In this document: piece by piece, positions 19,539 to 28,200 of the stretch
Numbering within the stretch: the stretch's first letter is position 1
How the letters are laid out: the number at the start of each line of letters is the position of its first letter
Assembly: GCA_963826115.1 (NCBI GenBank)
Contig: CAWGVS010000004.1
Coordinates: 32,001 to 96,000 of the forward strand
Source: an uncultured Candidatus Rokubacteria bacterium
Lineage (GTDB): Bacteria; Methylomirabilota; Methylomirabilia; Rokubacteriales; DASRDR01
DNA length: 64,000 nt
Reading direction: 5' to 3'
Position numbers and translations under genes: made by a program
Notes under the pieces: generated by a model
Told to the model about the DNA's origin: nothing
What the model saw: only the letters and a program-made list of their open reading frames with translations
Database searches by the model: none

Positions 19539-20699
19539 GTGCCGCGCCCGTTCGCGGTCCTCTGGCTCGCGACGCTCCTCTTCTATCTCGGCTTCCAGCT
19601 CCTCCTGCCCGTCGTCCCGCTCTACGCGGCCGAACTCGGCGCCGGCGAGGCGCACGTGGGCTTCATCGTCGGCGCCTTCGCGCTGGCCGCGATGGTCCCG
19701 CGCCCCCTCGCGGGCGACCTCGCCGACCGCATCGGCCGTCGCCCGCTCGTCCTCCTGGGGACCGCGATCTTCGCGCTGGCCCCGCTCGGCTACGCGGTCG
19801 TCGCCACGATCCCCGGACTGTTCCTCCTGCGGCTGTTCCACGGGACCGGCATGGGGTTCGGCCCCACGGCCGCCACCGTGATCGCCACGGACCTCACCCC
19901 GCCCGCGCGCCGAGGCCACGCCATGGGCGTGTACGGCCTCGCCTCCGCGGCCGCGCTGGCCGCCGGGCCCTTCGTCGGCGGGGAGCTCGCGCATCGCTGG
20001 GGCCTCCGCCCGACGTTCCTGCTCGCGACCGCGATCGAGGCCGCGGCGTTCGCGCTCGCCTGGACGCTCCCCGAGACGCGGCCCGCGCGCGATCCGGCAC
20101 TCGCGCCCGGCCCCCCGGCCGCCGCCGGCGCGCTCGCCCGGTTCTGGCGCCGCTGGTTCAGCACCGCGGCGGTCTACCCGTCCGCCCTCGTCCTCACCCT
20201 CTACGTCTCGTACGGCGGGCTGACCGCGCTCCTGCCGCTCTTCGCCGAGCGGCGCCGGCTGGGGAATCCGGGCCTGTTCTTCACGGTGTTCGCGCTGGTG
20301 AGCCTCGCGGCCCGGCCAGCCGCGGGGCGTCTGTCCGACCGCCACGGGCGGCGAGCCGTGATCGCGCCCGCGCTCGCCGTCACGGGGCTGAGCATGATCC
20401 TGCTCGGGCTCGCCACCTCGCCCTGGCTGTTCCTCGCGGCGGCCGTCCTCTACGGCGTCGGCTTCGGCGCCGGCCAGCCCGCGCTCCTCGCGATGACGGC
20501 GGACCGCGTCCCGGCCGGCGAGCGAGGCCGCGCGATGGGAACGCTCTACACCGCGTGGGAGCTCGGCATCTCGGGCGGGGCGGTCGCGCTGGGGTTCTGC
20601 GCCGCGCGGCTCGGTTACACGGCGACGTGGTGGACGGCCGCGGCGATCGCGGGGCTGGGCGCGCTCTTCGTCCTCGTCCCGGCGGGCCGGCGCGGTTGA
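19539..20699 (+). CDS. MFS transporter
   Basis: About 12 TM segments, GDLADRIGRR and GRLSDRHGRR motif A. Confidence 0.88.
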   Translation: MPRPFAVLWLATLLFYLGFQLLLPVVPLYAAELGAGEAHVGFIVGAFALAAMVPRPLAGDLADRIGRRPLVLLGTAIFALAPLGYAVVATIPGLFLLRLFHGTGMGFGPTAATVIATDLTPPARRGHAMGVYGLASAAALAAGPFVGGELAHRWGLRPTFLLATAIEAAAFALAWTLPETRPARDPALAPGPPAAAGALARFWRRWFSTAAVYPSALVLTLYVSYGGLTALLPLFAERRRLGNPGLFFTVFALVSLAARPAAGRLSDRHGRRAVIAPALAVTGLSMILLGLATSPWLFLAAAVLYGVGFGAGQPALLAMTADRVPAGERGRAMGTLYTAWELGISGGAVALGFCAARLGYTATWWTAAAIAGLGALFVLVPAGRRG

Positions 20700-20739
20700 G
20701 CGGGCCGCGCGGAAGGGGACGACGCGCGCGCCGCGCGCG

Positions 20740-21690
20740 TCAGCGCGGGGCGCCGCCGCCGCTCGCCGGCCGGAGGATCCGGGGGGCGGGGGCGAGGTCG
20801 GCGGCGCCGCCCGGCACCAGCTGGAAGCCGAGCCGCGTCCACGTCTCCGTCGGCGTGCCGCGTCGGTCGGTGCGGCGGCGCTCGTGCGAGACGGGCCGGC
20901 GCGCGGTCCGTCGCCGCTCGCTGCGCCGCCGGTCCCAGATGACGGCCAGCCCCGGGCCCGCCGCGCCGCGCTCGACGGCGCGGTAGAGGTCGCCGCGGCC
21001 GCGCTGGACGACGACCACGGCGCGGCCGGCCTCGCCCGGGGCCTTGTCAGGTCCCGCCTCCGCCTGGGATGACACGGCGCCAGGCGCGAGCCGCCGCCGG
21101 AGGTCCTGGACGTAGCCGACGTGGAGCACCGTGGCCGCCTCGGTCAGCGCGCGGGTGATCTCGCGGACCCCGTCCTTCGTGTCGGCCGCGACCATCCGCA
21201 GGAGACCGACCTCGTGGTCGAGCGCGACGACCCGGCGGCGCAGCGCCTTCAGCTCCCGCCACAGCAGCACGCCGAGGGCCGCGATGGCGCCGAGGGCCGC
21301 GAGCGCCAGGACGGCGACTGTGCCCGCCAGCACGCGGTCGAGCCATCCCCCGGCCGCGAAGCCGTCGGGCGTGAGGCTCAGGACCGTGAGGAGGCCATGC
21401 GAGTCGTCGCCGGCGCCGAGCGTGAAGCGGACCCGATCCCCCGGATGCGCGGCCTCGATCAGGGCCGCGTTCTGGACCGGGAACTCCGACTGGGAGGCGG
21501 GCAACAGACCTGCGATGCCCCGGTGCTGGATGGTCACGGTGCCGCGCACCGGGTCGACCGCGGTGATGCGCCCCTGGCCGTCGAAGCTCGCCGCGGCCCC
21601 GGCCGGTCCGGCCGCCGAGAGCGCGAGGGCCACGCCCACCGCCAGCCGGCGGGCCCCGGCGCCGCGCCGTCGTGTGCTTCCCGTGGCCAT
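20740..21690 (-). CDS. Membrane protein: signal peptide, CusF-like domain, TM, coiled coil, Arg-rich C-terminal module
   Basis: GRITAVD..GTVTIQH..I....P....F.V.......PGDRVRFTL (CusF-like OB fold), TM VLAGTVAVLALAALGAIAALGVLLW, C-terminal WDRRRSERR...WTRLGF. Confidence 0.75.
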   Translation of the reverse strand: MATGSTRRRGAGARRLAVGVALALSAAGPAGAAASFDGQGRITAVDPVRGTVTIQHRGIAGLLPASQSEFPVQNAALIEAAHPGDRVRFTLGAGDDSHGLLTVLSLTPDGFAAGGWLDRVLAGTVAVLALAALGAIAALGVLLWRELKALRRRVVALDHEVGLLRMVAADTKDGVREITRALTEAATVLHVGYVQDLRRRLAPGAVSSQAEAGPDKAPGEAGRAVVVVQRGRGDLYRAVERGAAGPGLAVIWDRRRSERRRTARRPVSHERRRTDRRGTPTETWTRLGFQLVPGGAADLAPAPRILRPASGGGAPR

Positions 21691-22157
21691 CCGTGCCCTC
21701 CAATCGACAGCGAGTAGGCAGACGGTAGGCGGTGTGCCCGGGCGCGTCAAGGGGTTTCGAACTCGACAGCTGAACGAAGGGTAGCGAACGCGACGAGGAG
21801 ACGCAGAGTATGGGCGGCCAACCCGTCACGCCAGCCGTTTGCTGGCGTATCACGGCCGGCTTGCCCCGCGCACCCGCAGGCGATCGGCGATCGCCGCGCC
21901 CGCACTAAGACGGTGACCGGGTGCCCGGCTCCTCCACCGCGTGTCCGCGATCGAGATCCTCGTCCGGCCCGCGCCGGTCGTGGGCGCGGTGACCGAGCCT
22001 CATGCGGTGCGGCGACTCCTCGCGGCGCCGGGCTGGCGTCCGAGCTGCCGCCGGGACCGCCAGCCTGGGCGGTTCGCTGATTTCGTGGCCACCGACGGTT
22101 GCCACCACAGCTTCGGCCTGTACGCCTTGGTGGCCGAGCGGGGGACGCGTCCTCCTG

Positions 22158-23168
22158 CTAGTCGTGACTCCTTTGATAACGACGGGCACGGTACTCATCG
22201 ACCCAGCGACGGGTGCTCCGCCACTGGCCCCGTGCATCGCGTTGAGCACGGAGGCGCCCCCGATCGGCCGCAGTGCGAAGCGCGCGGGCGCTCAGCTTGG
22301 CCTCGGCGAGGGCAGCCAAGGGCACCAGTCGGGCCGGGCCAGCCACAGAGGGCACGATAAACCGCACGAGCGTGTCGATGATGGCCCGGGCGAGGAGCTC
22401 GCCGAGCGGAGCCGGATCTCCGCCATCGGCCCGACGGAGGTTCTGCAAGTACCGCGTTCGGTCGGCCTTGCGGATGATGGCCGGCGGGTATCCGAGTCGG
22501 ATGAGGAGGAGGTTTGTCACGAGGCGTCCGGCTCGACCGTTTCCGTCTAGGAATGGGTGCACGCGCTCGAACTCTGCGTGAACGTCGGCGAGTGCCTCCG
22601 GGAACGGACCCTCGACCCGTGTCAGCTTGCAGGCGCGCTCCACCCAGGTCGACATGCGGGCCGGAACGTCCGGCCAATCCGGTGGCTGCATGCCACCCGG
22701 GAATGGTTTGATCCCGTGGCGTCGAAACGCACCGGGCCTCTCGGGCTCGGTCGCGTCAGGGTGCGGGGCCACTTCCCACACCTTTGACATGGCCAGAGTG
22801 TGGACGTGGCGCACCTCGGTCAGCGTGATCAGCTCGCCCGTGGTCCAGTCGCCAGGAGTCAGCCCCTGCCGATAGACCCACTGGGCGGCGTCCGCGTATC
22901 CCCGAACCTCGAGGTACTCCGTGAGCAGCTTGGCACCGACCGCTCGGCCCGCACCCAGAAGGGCCTCGACCTCCTTGAGCACGAGGGTGTTGCCTTCAAT
23001 GGCGGTCGAGTTGTGGGCCTCCTGGTACCAGATGTCACCCCAAATGTCCTCGGCCTCGAGAGGGGTCGGGAGGCCGCCGAGCCGCGCCTTGAGCTCCTCC
23101 ACTCCCTCTGTCAGCTGCCGGTAGATCGCCTTACGACTCGGCCGACCTCGCGGTGATTTGGCAGCCAT
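22158..23168 (-). CDS. Fic family protein with an N-terminal inhibitory motif and a C-terminal HTH-like tail
   Basis: HPFLDGNGRAGR catalytic motif; STAIEGN inhibitory (S/T)xxxE(G/N) motif; start at 23168 (ATG) or 23183 (TTG). Confidence 0.92.
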   Translation of the reverse strand: MAAKSPRGRPSRKAIYRQLTEGVEELKARLGGLPTPLEAEDIWGDIWYQEAHNSTAIEGNTLVLKEVEALLGAGRAVGAKLLTEYLEVRGYADAAQWVYRQGLTPGDWTTGELITLTEVRHVHTLAMSKVWEVAPHPDATEPERPGAFRRHGIKPFPGGMQPPDWPDVPARMSTWVERACKLTRVEGPFPEALADVHAEFERVHPFLDGNGRAGRLVTNLLLIRLGYPPAIIRKADRTRYLQNLRRADGGDPAPLGELLARAIIDTLVRFIVPSVAGPARLVPLAALAEAKLSARALRTAADRGRLRAQRDARGQWRSTRRWVDEYRARRYQRSHD

Positions 23169-23635
23169 ATCAGTAGGATACAAATATGTGAGTCGGATAT
23201 GCGGAATAAATTACGCCGACGCACATTCATCGAGCCAGTCCCGGCCGAATTGGCGTCGTCCCGCCCTGGGAAATTGATGCGACTCAACTCCGAGCCTCGG
23301 TCCCAAGATGGCCGCCGCCTTCCCACCGATCTCGAGCCAGGAGGCGATAGGCGATCCCCAGTTGCTAGATAGCCACCGACCTCCGGCGATTGGCAGGTCG
23401 CGTTAGCTTGCCCGCACGAAGATCTCGTATCGCTCGGCGAGCCACTCGCGATTCGGCTGGAGGCGCTCAAGGGGCTTCGGCCCCCTGCGGGACCGACCCG
23501 GCCGATCTCTCCTCTCCACCTGTTTGGCGCGACCGTCGGCGTCCGCGGCTGGCCGCCGCAAGCTTGCGATCCGGCGGGGGGGTGGGCTATCGTGGGTACC
23601 CCGTTCGCGCCACCCCGGGGCCAGGAGGACGTCCG

Positions 23636-24181
23636 ATGGGCGAGGTCAAGTTCGGCGAGTTGCGCTCGGTCGTGGAGGCGGTCCGGCAGATCGTGCTCGA
23701 CTGGGACGGGTTCGTGTCCAACGTCGAGGCCCTCGCCAAGGAGCACGACGAGTATCGGCACACGGCGGACCGCCTCGCGTGGGAGCTGGGCGAGCTCCGC
23801 GCCGCCCACGAGCGCCTCGGTCACGAGCACGACGAGGCGCGGTCGGACCTTGCCACGCTGCGGGCGAGCCAGGAGAGCCTGACGCGCGAGCACGCGCGGC
23901 TGGCCCAGGATCGCGACGAGGGGCAGCGGGCCCTCACCACGCTGCGGGCGAGCCAGGAGACCCTGGCGCGCGAGCAGGCGCGGCTGGTCCAGGACCGCGA
24001 GGAGGCGCAGCGGACGCTCGCCTCGCTGCGGGCGAGCCACGAGGGGCTGCTCCGTGATCGCGAGCGCCTCGAGCGCGAGCTCACGGACGTCCAGGAGCGG
24101 TACGAGTCGGTGATGCGCGAGCGCCACCGCGCCGGCGAGGAGCTCGAAGCGATCCTCCGCCGGTTCCGCGCGACCGCCTAG
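23636..24181 (+). CDS. Coiled-coil protein with internal 28-aa repeats
   Basis: AGGAGG RBS before ATG 23636; continuous heptad pattern; LxxLRASQE repeats. Confidence 0.75.
   Translation: MGEVKFGELRSVVEAVRQIVLDWDGFVSNVEALAKEHDEYRHTADRLAWELGELRAAHERLGHEHDEARSDLATLRASQESLTREHARLAQDRDEGQRALTTLRASQETLAREQARLVQDREEAQRTLASLRASHEGLLRDRERLERELTDVQERYESVMRERHRAGEELEAILRRFRATA
23849..24043 (+). repeat. Intragenic 84-bp tandem repeat (~2.3 copies)
   Basis: Units start at 23849, 23933 and 24017 and share the core GCTGCGGGCGAGCCA. Confidence 0.8.
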
Positions 24182-24206
24182 TCCCTCGCCGCGCCGGCCG
24201 CCCGCC

Positions 24207-26711
24207 TCAGCGTGGGTCGCCGGCCCCGTCGCCGAAGACCAGGTCCTCGAGCCACTCGATCCGGATGCGGTCGGGCCCCCGGAGGCTTCCGCCGTAGCTG
24301 TCGCTCACCGCCCGCCGCGTCGTCCACAGGATCACCTGCTTGCCCTGGGCCTGGAGCGTCTTCACGACCTCGTGGAAGTCGCCGTCGCCGGTCGCGATCA
24401 CGTACACGGGGATCTCGGGGTGCTCGCGCAGGACGAAGTGGATCTTCTCGCGGAGCACGTGGTCGGAGGCGTTCGCCTTGTCGCGGCCCGCGATGTCGGT
24501 GGAGAAGCGCGCGTTCCGGACGGCCTTCTGGTCGCCCTCGAAGAAGTCGCGGTCCCAGTCCGCGACCGCCCACCGCTGCCGGGGGAAGCCGTGCCGCCAC
24601 GCGGCGTCGAGGAGCCGCGAGGCGAGCTCGACGCCGGCGAGCCGGGTGCGGCCCCCCGAGGCGTGACCGTCGGGGCGCTCGTCGAGGTGGCGCGCCAGGC
24701 TCACCTTGACGTTCTCCCAGTCGAGCATCAGGGCGAGCGCGGCCCGCCGCGCGGCCGGATCGCCGGCGCGCCCTCGGCCCGGCGGCGCGTCCGGCTCCGC
24801 GGTCGCGCTCACCGACGGCTCCGCGCCGGCGTCCGGCCCGCCGGCCGTCTCGGCCGCCTCGACGAGTGGCGCGCCGAGCCGCTCCGCCCACAGGCGCGCG
24901 TCCGTCTCCGCGAAGCTCGTCTCCGTCCAGCCCTGCCGGAGGACGCGCAGCCCTTCCTCGCGGAATCCGTGCCGGAGCGCCCAGCCCAGGAGGCCGCGCA
25001 GGAGCTGGCCCTTTTTCCGCGGATCGACGTTGCGCCGGTGCTGGGTGACGCGCCAGCTGTGGAGCCGGCAGCGCCAGCTCGCCGCGAGCTCGCCCGCCTC
25101 CTCGTTCAGCGTGGCGGCGCAGTCCCAGTTCTTGAACACGCCCGCCTCGGGCCCGGCGGCCACCCGCTGGCGGAACCACTCCACCCCCGCCGTGACCAGC
25201 GAGGTCTCGATGAACTCGCGCGTCAGGTGGTCCAGCTCCTCGAAGAGGAGCCGCTCTCGGGGATCGGGAAAGACCCGGTCGGGGTCCCGGAGGATGCGGT
25301 TGATGCGGCGGAAGTGGTCGCGGAAGCGCGGCCCCGCCGCGCCGGTGCCCGCGGCCTCGGCGTCGTGGAGCGCGGCGAGGAGGTGCGCCTCGTAGTGGCG
25401 CGCCCGGAGACAGAGCGCCGCGAGCACGGCCTGGCGATCCTGCTCGATCGCCCAGAGGAGACACAGCTCGAAGGCCTCCGCCGGGTGGGCGTCCAGCTCG
25501 AGCACGGGCAGGAGGACGTCGAGGGCCTCGTCGGCGCGCGACGGCAGGCGGCGGAGCGCGCAGGCGAGGTTCCAGCGCGCGGTCCAGCCGCGGTGCTCGT
25601 GGAAGCGGTCGGAGGCGATGGCGGCCTCGAGCAGCTCGATGACGTCGTGGATGTCGGTGCCCTGGCCGAACAGCGTGAGCGCGTAGGCGTACCACTCCTT
25701 CGCGATGGTGTTCGCGCTGCGCCGGTAGTGCAGGTCGGCGAACTCGGCGAGCGCGCGCGGCTCGCGACGGAGCAGGAGCTCGCGCGCCTGGTGGAAGGCC
25801 GGGTCGGCGGCGCCGACGACCCGGAGCTCCGAGACGGGCTCGCGGTACTCCGGTTTGGCGTCCAGCCGGAGCCTGAGGTTCGCCTCGAGCTCGTCCCGCA
25901 CGTCGGCCAGCGCCTGGCCGAGCGCCTCGGCGTCGCCACGCTCCACCGCCTGGCGGATCTCGCCCCAGATGGCGGGAGGCACGAGCGCGGACAAGGGCTC
26001 GGGGCGCCGCGCGGCGCGCTGGGCGCGCTGGACCGCCGCGGGCGCGATCCGCTCGCCGATCTCGGCCCAGTCCCGGCGGATGCGCTCGAGCCGGGTCGGC
26101 ACCTCGAGCTCGAGGACGGCCTCGATGTTCGACCGGACGAGGAGGTCGCGCGCCGCCGGATCGCCATCGGCCGCGAGCCGGGCTCGCTCGAGCTCGAGCA
26201 GGATCATCTCGTCGACGGCCAGCGTCACCTGGGCCGGCACCGTGCCCCACGCCGAGCTGACGAAGGCCGTCAGGGCCTGGCGCACCGCCCGCACGTCGGC
26301 CTCGCCCTGCCGGCACCGGGCGACCTGATCGATCACGAGCGCCCGGATCGCGTTCCCGAGGGTCTGGCGCATGGGCCGGGTCGCGTGCATCAGGGGGTTC
26401 GCCCGCCGGAACAGCTCGTGGGCGGCCTGGAAGAGGCGGAGGGCTTCATCGAGCTCGCCGTCCCGGGCGGCGCGGCGCCCGAGGACGTCGAGGGCAAAGC
26501 CGAGGGTGGTGAGATCGCGGCTTCGCGACCCGTCCCGGACCTCGGCGGTGCCGGGGAGATCGCCTCTCAGGACCTCGACGGCGGCTCGGTTCTTCTCGAG
26601 ATGCTCGGCAGGCAGGTCCTGGAGGTGGACCTCGACCACGGCGACGAGCCCCGGAAGCGCCTCGACGATCTGCTCAGGGGACCAAAGAGACCATGCGACA
26701 ACCTTGTCCAT
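24207..26711 (-). CDS. Large alpha-helical (TPR-like) protein with a C-terminal NYN/LabA-DUF88 (PIN-like) nuclease domain
   Basis: C-terminal LMLDWENV, KANASDHVL, IATGDGDF..VVKTLQAQGKQVILW; N-terminal ~620 aa helical with AxxWY/AxWNLA repeats; GGAG RBS. Confidence 0.8.
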   Translation of the reverse strand: MDKVVAWSLWSPEQIVEALPGLVAVVEVHLQDLPAEHLEKNRAAVEVLRGDLPGTAEVRDGSRSRDLTTLGFALDVLGRRAARDGELDEALRLFQAAHELFRRANPLMHATRPMRQTLGNAIRALVIDQVARCRQGEADVRAVRQALTAFVSSAWGTVPAQVTLAVDEMILLELERARLAADGDPAARDLLVRSNIEAVLELEVPTRLERIRRDWAEIGERIAPAAVQRAQRAARRPEPLSALVPPAIWGEIRQAVERGDAEALGQALADVRDELEANLRLRLDAKPEYREPVSELRVVGAADPAFHQARELLLRREPRALAEFADLHYRRSANTIAKEWYAYALTLFGQGTDIHDVIELLEAAIASDRFHEHRGWTARWNLACALRRLPSRADEALDVLLPVLELDAHPAEAFELCLLWAIEQDRQAVLAALCLRARHYEAHLLAALHDAEAAGTGAAGPRFRDHFRRINRILRDPDRVFPDPRERLLFEELDHLTREFIETSLVTAGVEWFRQRVAAGPEAGVFKNWDCAATLNEEAGELAASWRCRLHSWRVTQHRRNVDPRKKGQLLRGLLGWALRHGFREEGLRVLRQGWTETSFAETDARLWAERLGAPLVEAAETAGGPDAGAEPSVSATAEPDAPPGRGRAGDPAARRAALALMLDWENVKVSLARHLDERPDGHASGGRTRLAGVELASRLLDAAWRHGFPRQRWAVADWDRDFFEGDQKAVRNARFSTDIAGRDKANASDHVLREKIHFVLREHPEIPVYVIATGDGDFHEVVKTLQAQGKQVILWTTRRAVSDSYGGSLRGPDRIRIEWLEDLVFGDGAGDPR

Positions 26712-26799
26712 ACGGGATCACTCCAGCAAAGGCTCAAGAATTGACGGGGCGACCTCCCGAGGGGAGGCGGAGGGACAACCAGGGCCAGCGGCGCGGCTC

Positions 26800-27231
26800 C
26801 TAGCGGCGCCGGCGCGCCGCGCTCTTCCGACCGACCTCGACCGCGTGGGCCCGCCGGGCCGGAGCCGGCGCAGGCACGTGGCGCGTCGGGACCGATTTCC
26901 GGGCCGACGCCAGCTGGAGCCCCCGGTCCGGAGGCGGCAAGGACCCGATCGAGGGACGGTTGTCCTTCCCGGGCAGGGCCTTGCGGGCCTTGGGGTCGTG
27001 CGTGGTCGGGGTGAGGATGGTGCCGACCGGGTCCAGGAAGTGCCGCAGCGCGAAACCGCACACCTTGCAGCGCTTGTACGAGAACCGCCGATTCTGCTCA
27101 TCCAGGCGGGGACGGCCCAGCGTCTCCATGCGACCAGGACAACACTTGTTGGGCGCCGGAGGGGAGACAATGCGACGAGGATAAAGATTCTGCGCCTTTA
27201 GCTCTCGGCTGTAGACAATGATGTTCTTCAT
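26800..27231 (-). CDS. Hypothetical protein with a CC...CxxC zinc-ribbon-like domain and a basic tail
   Basis: MKNIIVYSRELKAQNLYP..KCCPGRM..YKRCKVCGFALRHFL; GGAG upstream. Confidence 0.65.
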   Translation of the reverse strand: MKNIIVYSRELKAQNLYPRRIVSPPAPNKCCPGRMETLGRPRLDEQNRRFSYKRCKVCGFALRHFLDPVGTILTPTTHDPKARKALPGKDNRPSIGSLPPPDRGLQLASARKSVPTRHVPAPAPARRAHAVEVGRKSAARRRR

Positions 27232-27314
27232 TTCGACCAACGTCTCGCCCTGTATTTTCGCCACGAATGCGCGCGCTTGCAAGCGGAAATCGGGCGTCCG
27301 GAGGTGGACGGGGG

Positions 27315-28184
27315 TCAGCCGGCCCCCTCGGGGCGGGCGAGCTCCCGGGCGCTCGGGAACCACCGGGCGAGCTCATCGAGCGGGGTGGAGCCCAGGAACG
27401 GCTCCACCAGGCGGCGGGTGTACGCCCGGCTCCCCCCGAACCGGACGTCGGCCGTGGCCAGGACCGCCCCGTCGGGTCCGAGCAGCGCGCCGCGGACCCG
27501 GGAGTAGCGGCCACGGGGATCGTCGTCCGGCTCGCCGGCGGTACGGTCCCCCACCACGAGGAGCGGGGCGAAGGGGACCGCCTCGAACAGCGTGATCCGG
27601 ACGTCCGTGGTCACCCCGCATTCGCGCTGGGCGAGCGCGCCGAGCCACCAGCCGAGCTCGTCGAGGGCGATCAGCGCGAGCGCCGGATGCGCTCCGTCCC
27701 GGGTGCGATAGGCCTCGGGCGGGTGGAGCTCCCGCCAGAGGAAGCGCTCGTTCACCCGGAAGCGGATGCCGAGACCGACCGGGTTGGCGGCGCCGCACGC
27801 GAGACAGGTCGCGGTGCCGGGCACCTCCTCGTGGACGTCGCGCTCGGCGGCCCACCGCCGGTGGAGCGGGCCGAGGTCGGGCGGGACCAGGTCCTCCCGA
27901 TGGAGCGTCGCCTCGGCGAGGGTCCGGTCACCCTGGACCAGCGCGAGCCGCGCCGTCGTCCCGGCGCTGCCGGTCCGGAGCGCGAGCTCCGTGACCGTCG
28001 GGACGCCGCGGAGCAGCTGGAGGTGGATCGCCACCGGCAGGCGGGGGAGCGTGAGCCGGTGGAAGACCGCCGCGACCGCGCCGCCGTGCGCGGTGCCGGG
28101 GAAGCCGTGGAGGTCCGCCGGGATGGTGACGCGGCCGCGCGCCGCGTCGACCGCCGCCTGACGGAGCGCCTCGTCAATGGTCAT
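27315..28184 (-). CDS. Double hotdog-fold thioesterase (PaaI-like)
   Basis: HGFPGTAHGG in the first domain; CLACGAANPVGLG and LDELG in the second. Confidence 0.75.
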   Translation of the reverse strand: MTIDEALRQAAVDAARGRVTIPADLHGFPGTAHGGAVAAVFHRLTLPRLPVAIHLQLLRGVPTVTELALRTGSAGTTARLALVQGDRTLAEATLHREDLVPPDLGPLHRRWAAERDVHEEVPGTATCLACGAANPVGLGIRFRVNERFLWRELHPPEAYRTRDGAHPALALIALDELGWWLGALAQRECGVTTDVRITLFEAVPFAPLLVVGDRTAGEPDDDPRGRYSRVRGALLGPDGAVLATADVRFGGSRAYTRRLVEPFLGSTPLDELARWFPSARELARPEGAG

Positions 28185-28200
28185 CGCGGAGGCGCGGGCG

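Noticed and set aside
21748-21850. GTTCGAA-like T-loop (- strand), GAGACGCAGAG resembling part of a c-di-GMP-I riboswitch, and an 8-bp hairpin at 21828-21848
   Set aside because: I could not build a cloverleaf or the GEMM P1/P2 architecture; the orientation also does not fit a downstream gene.
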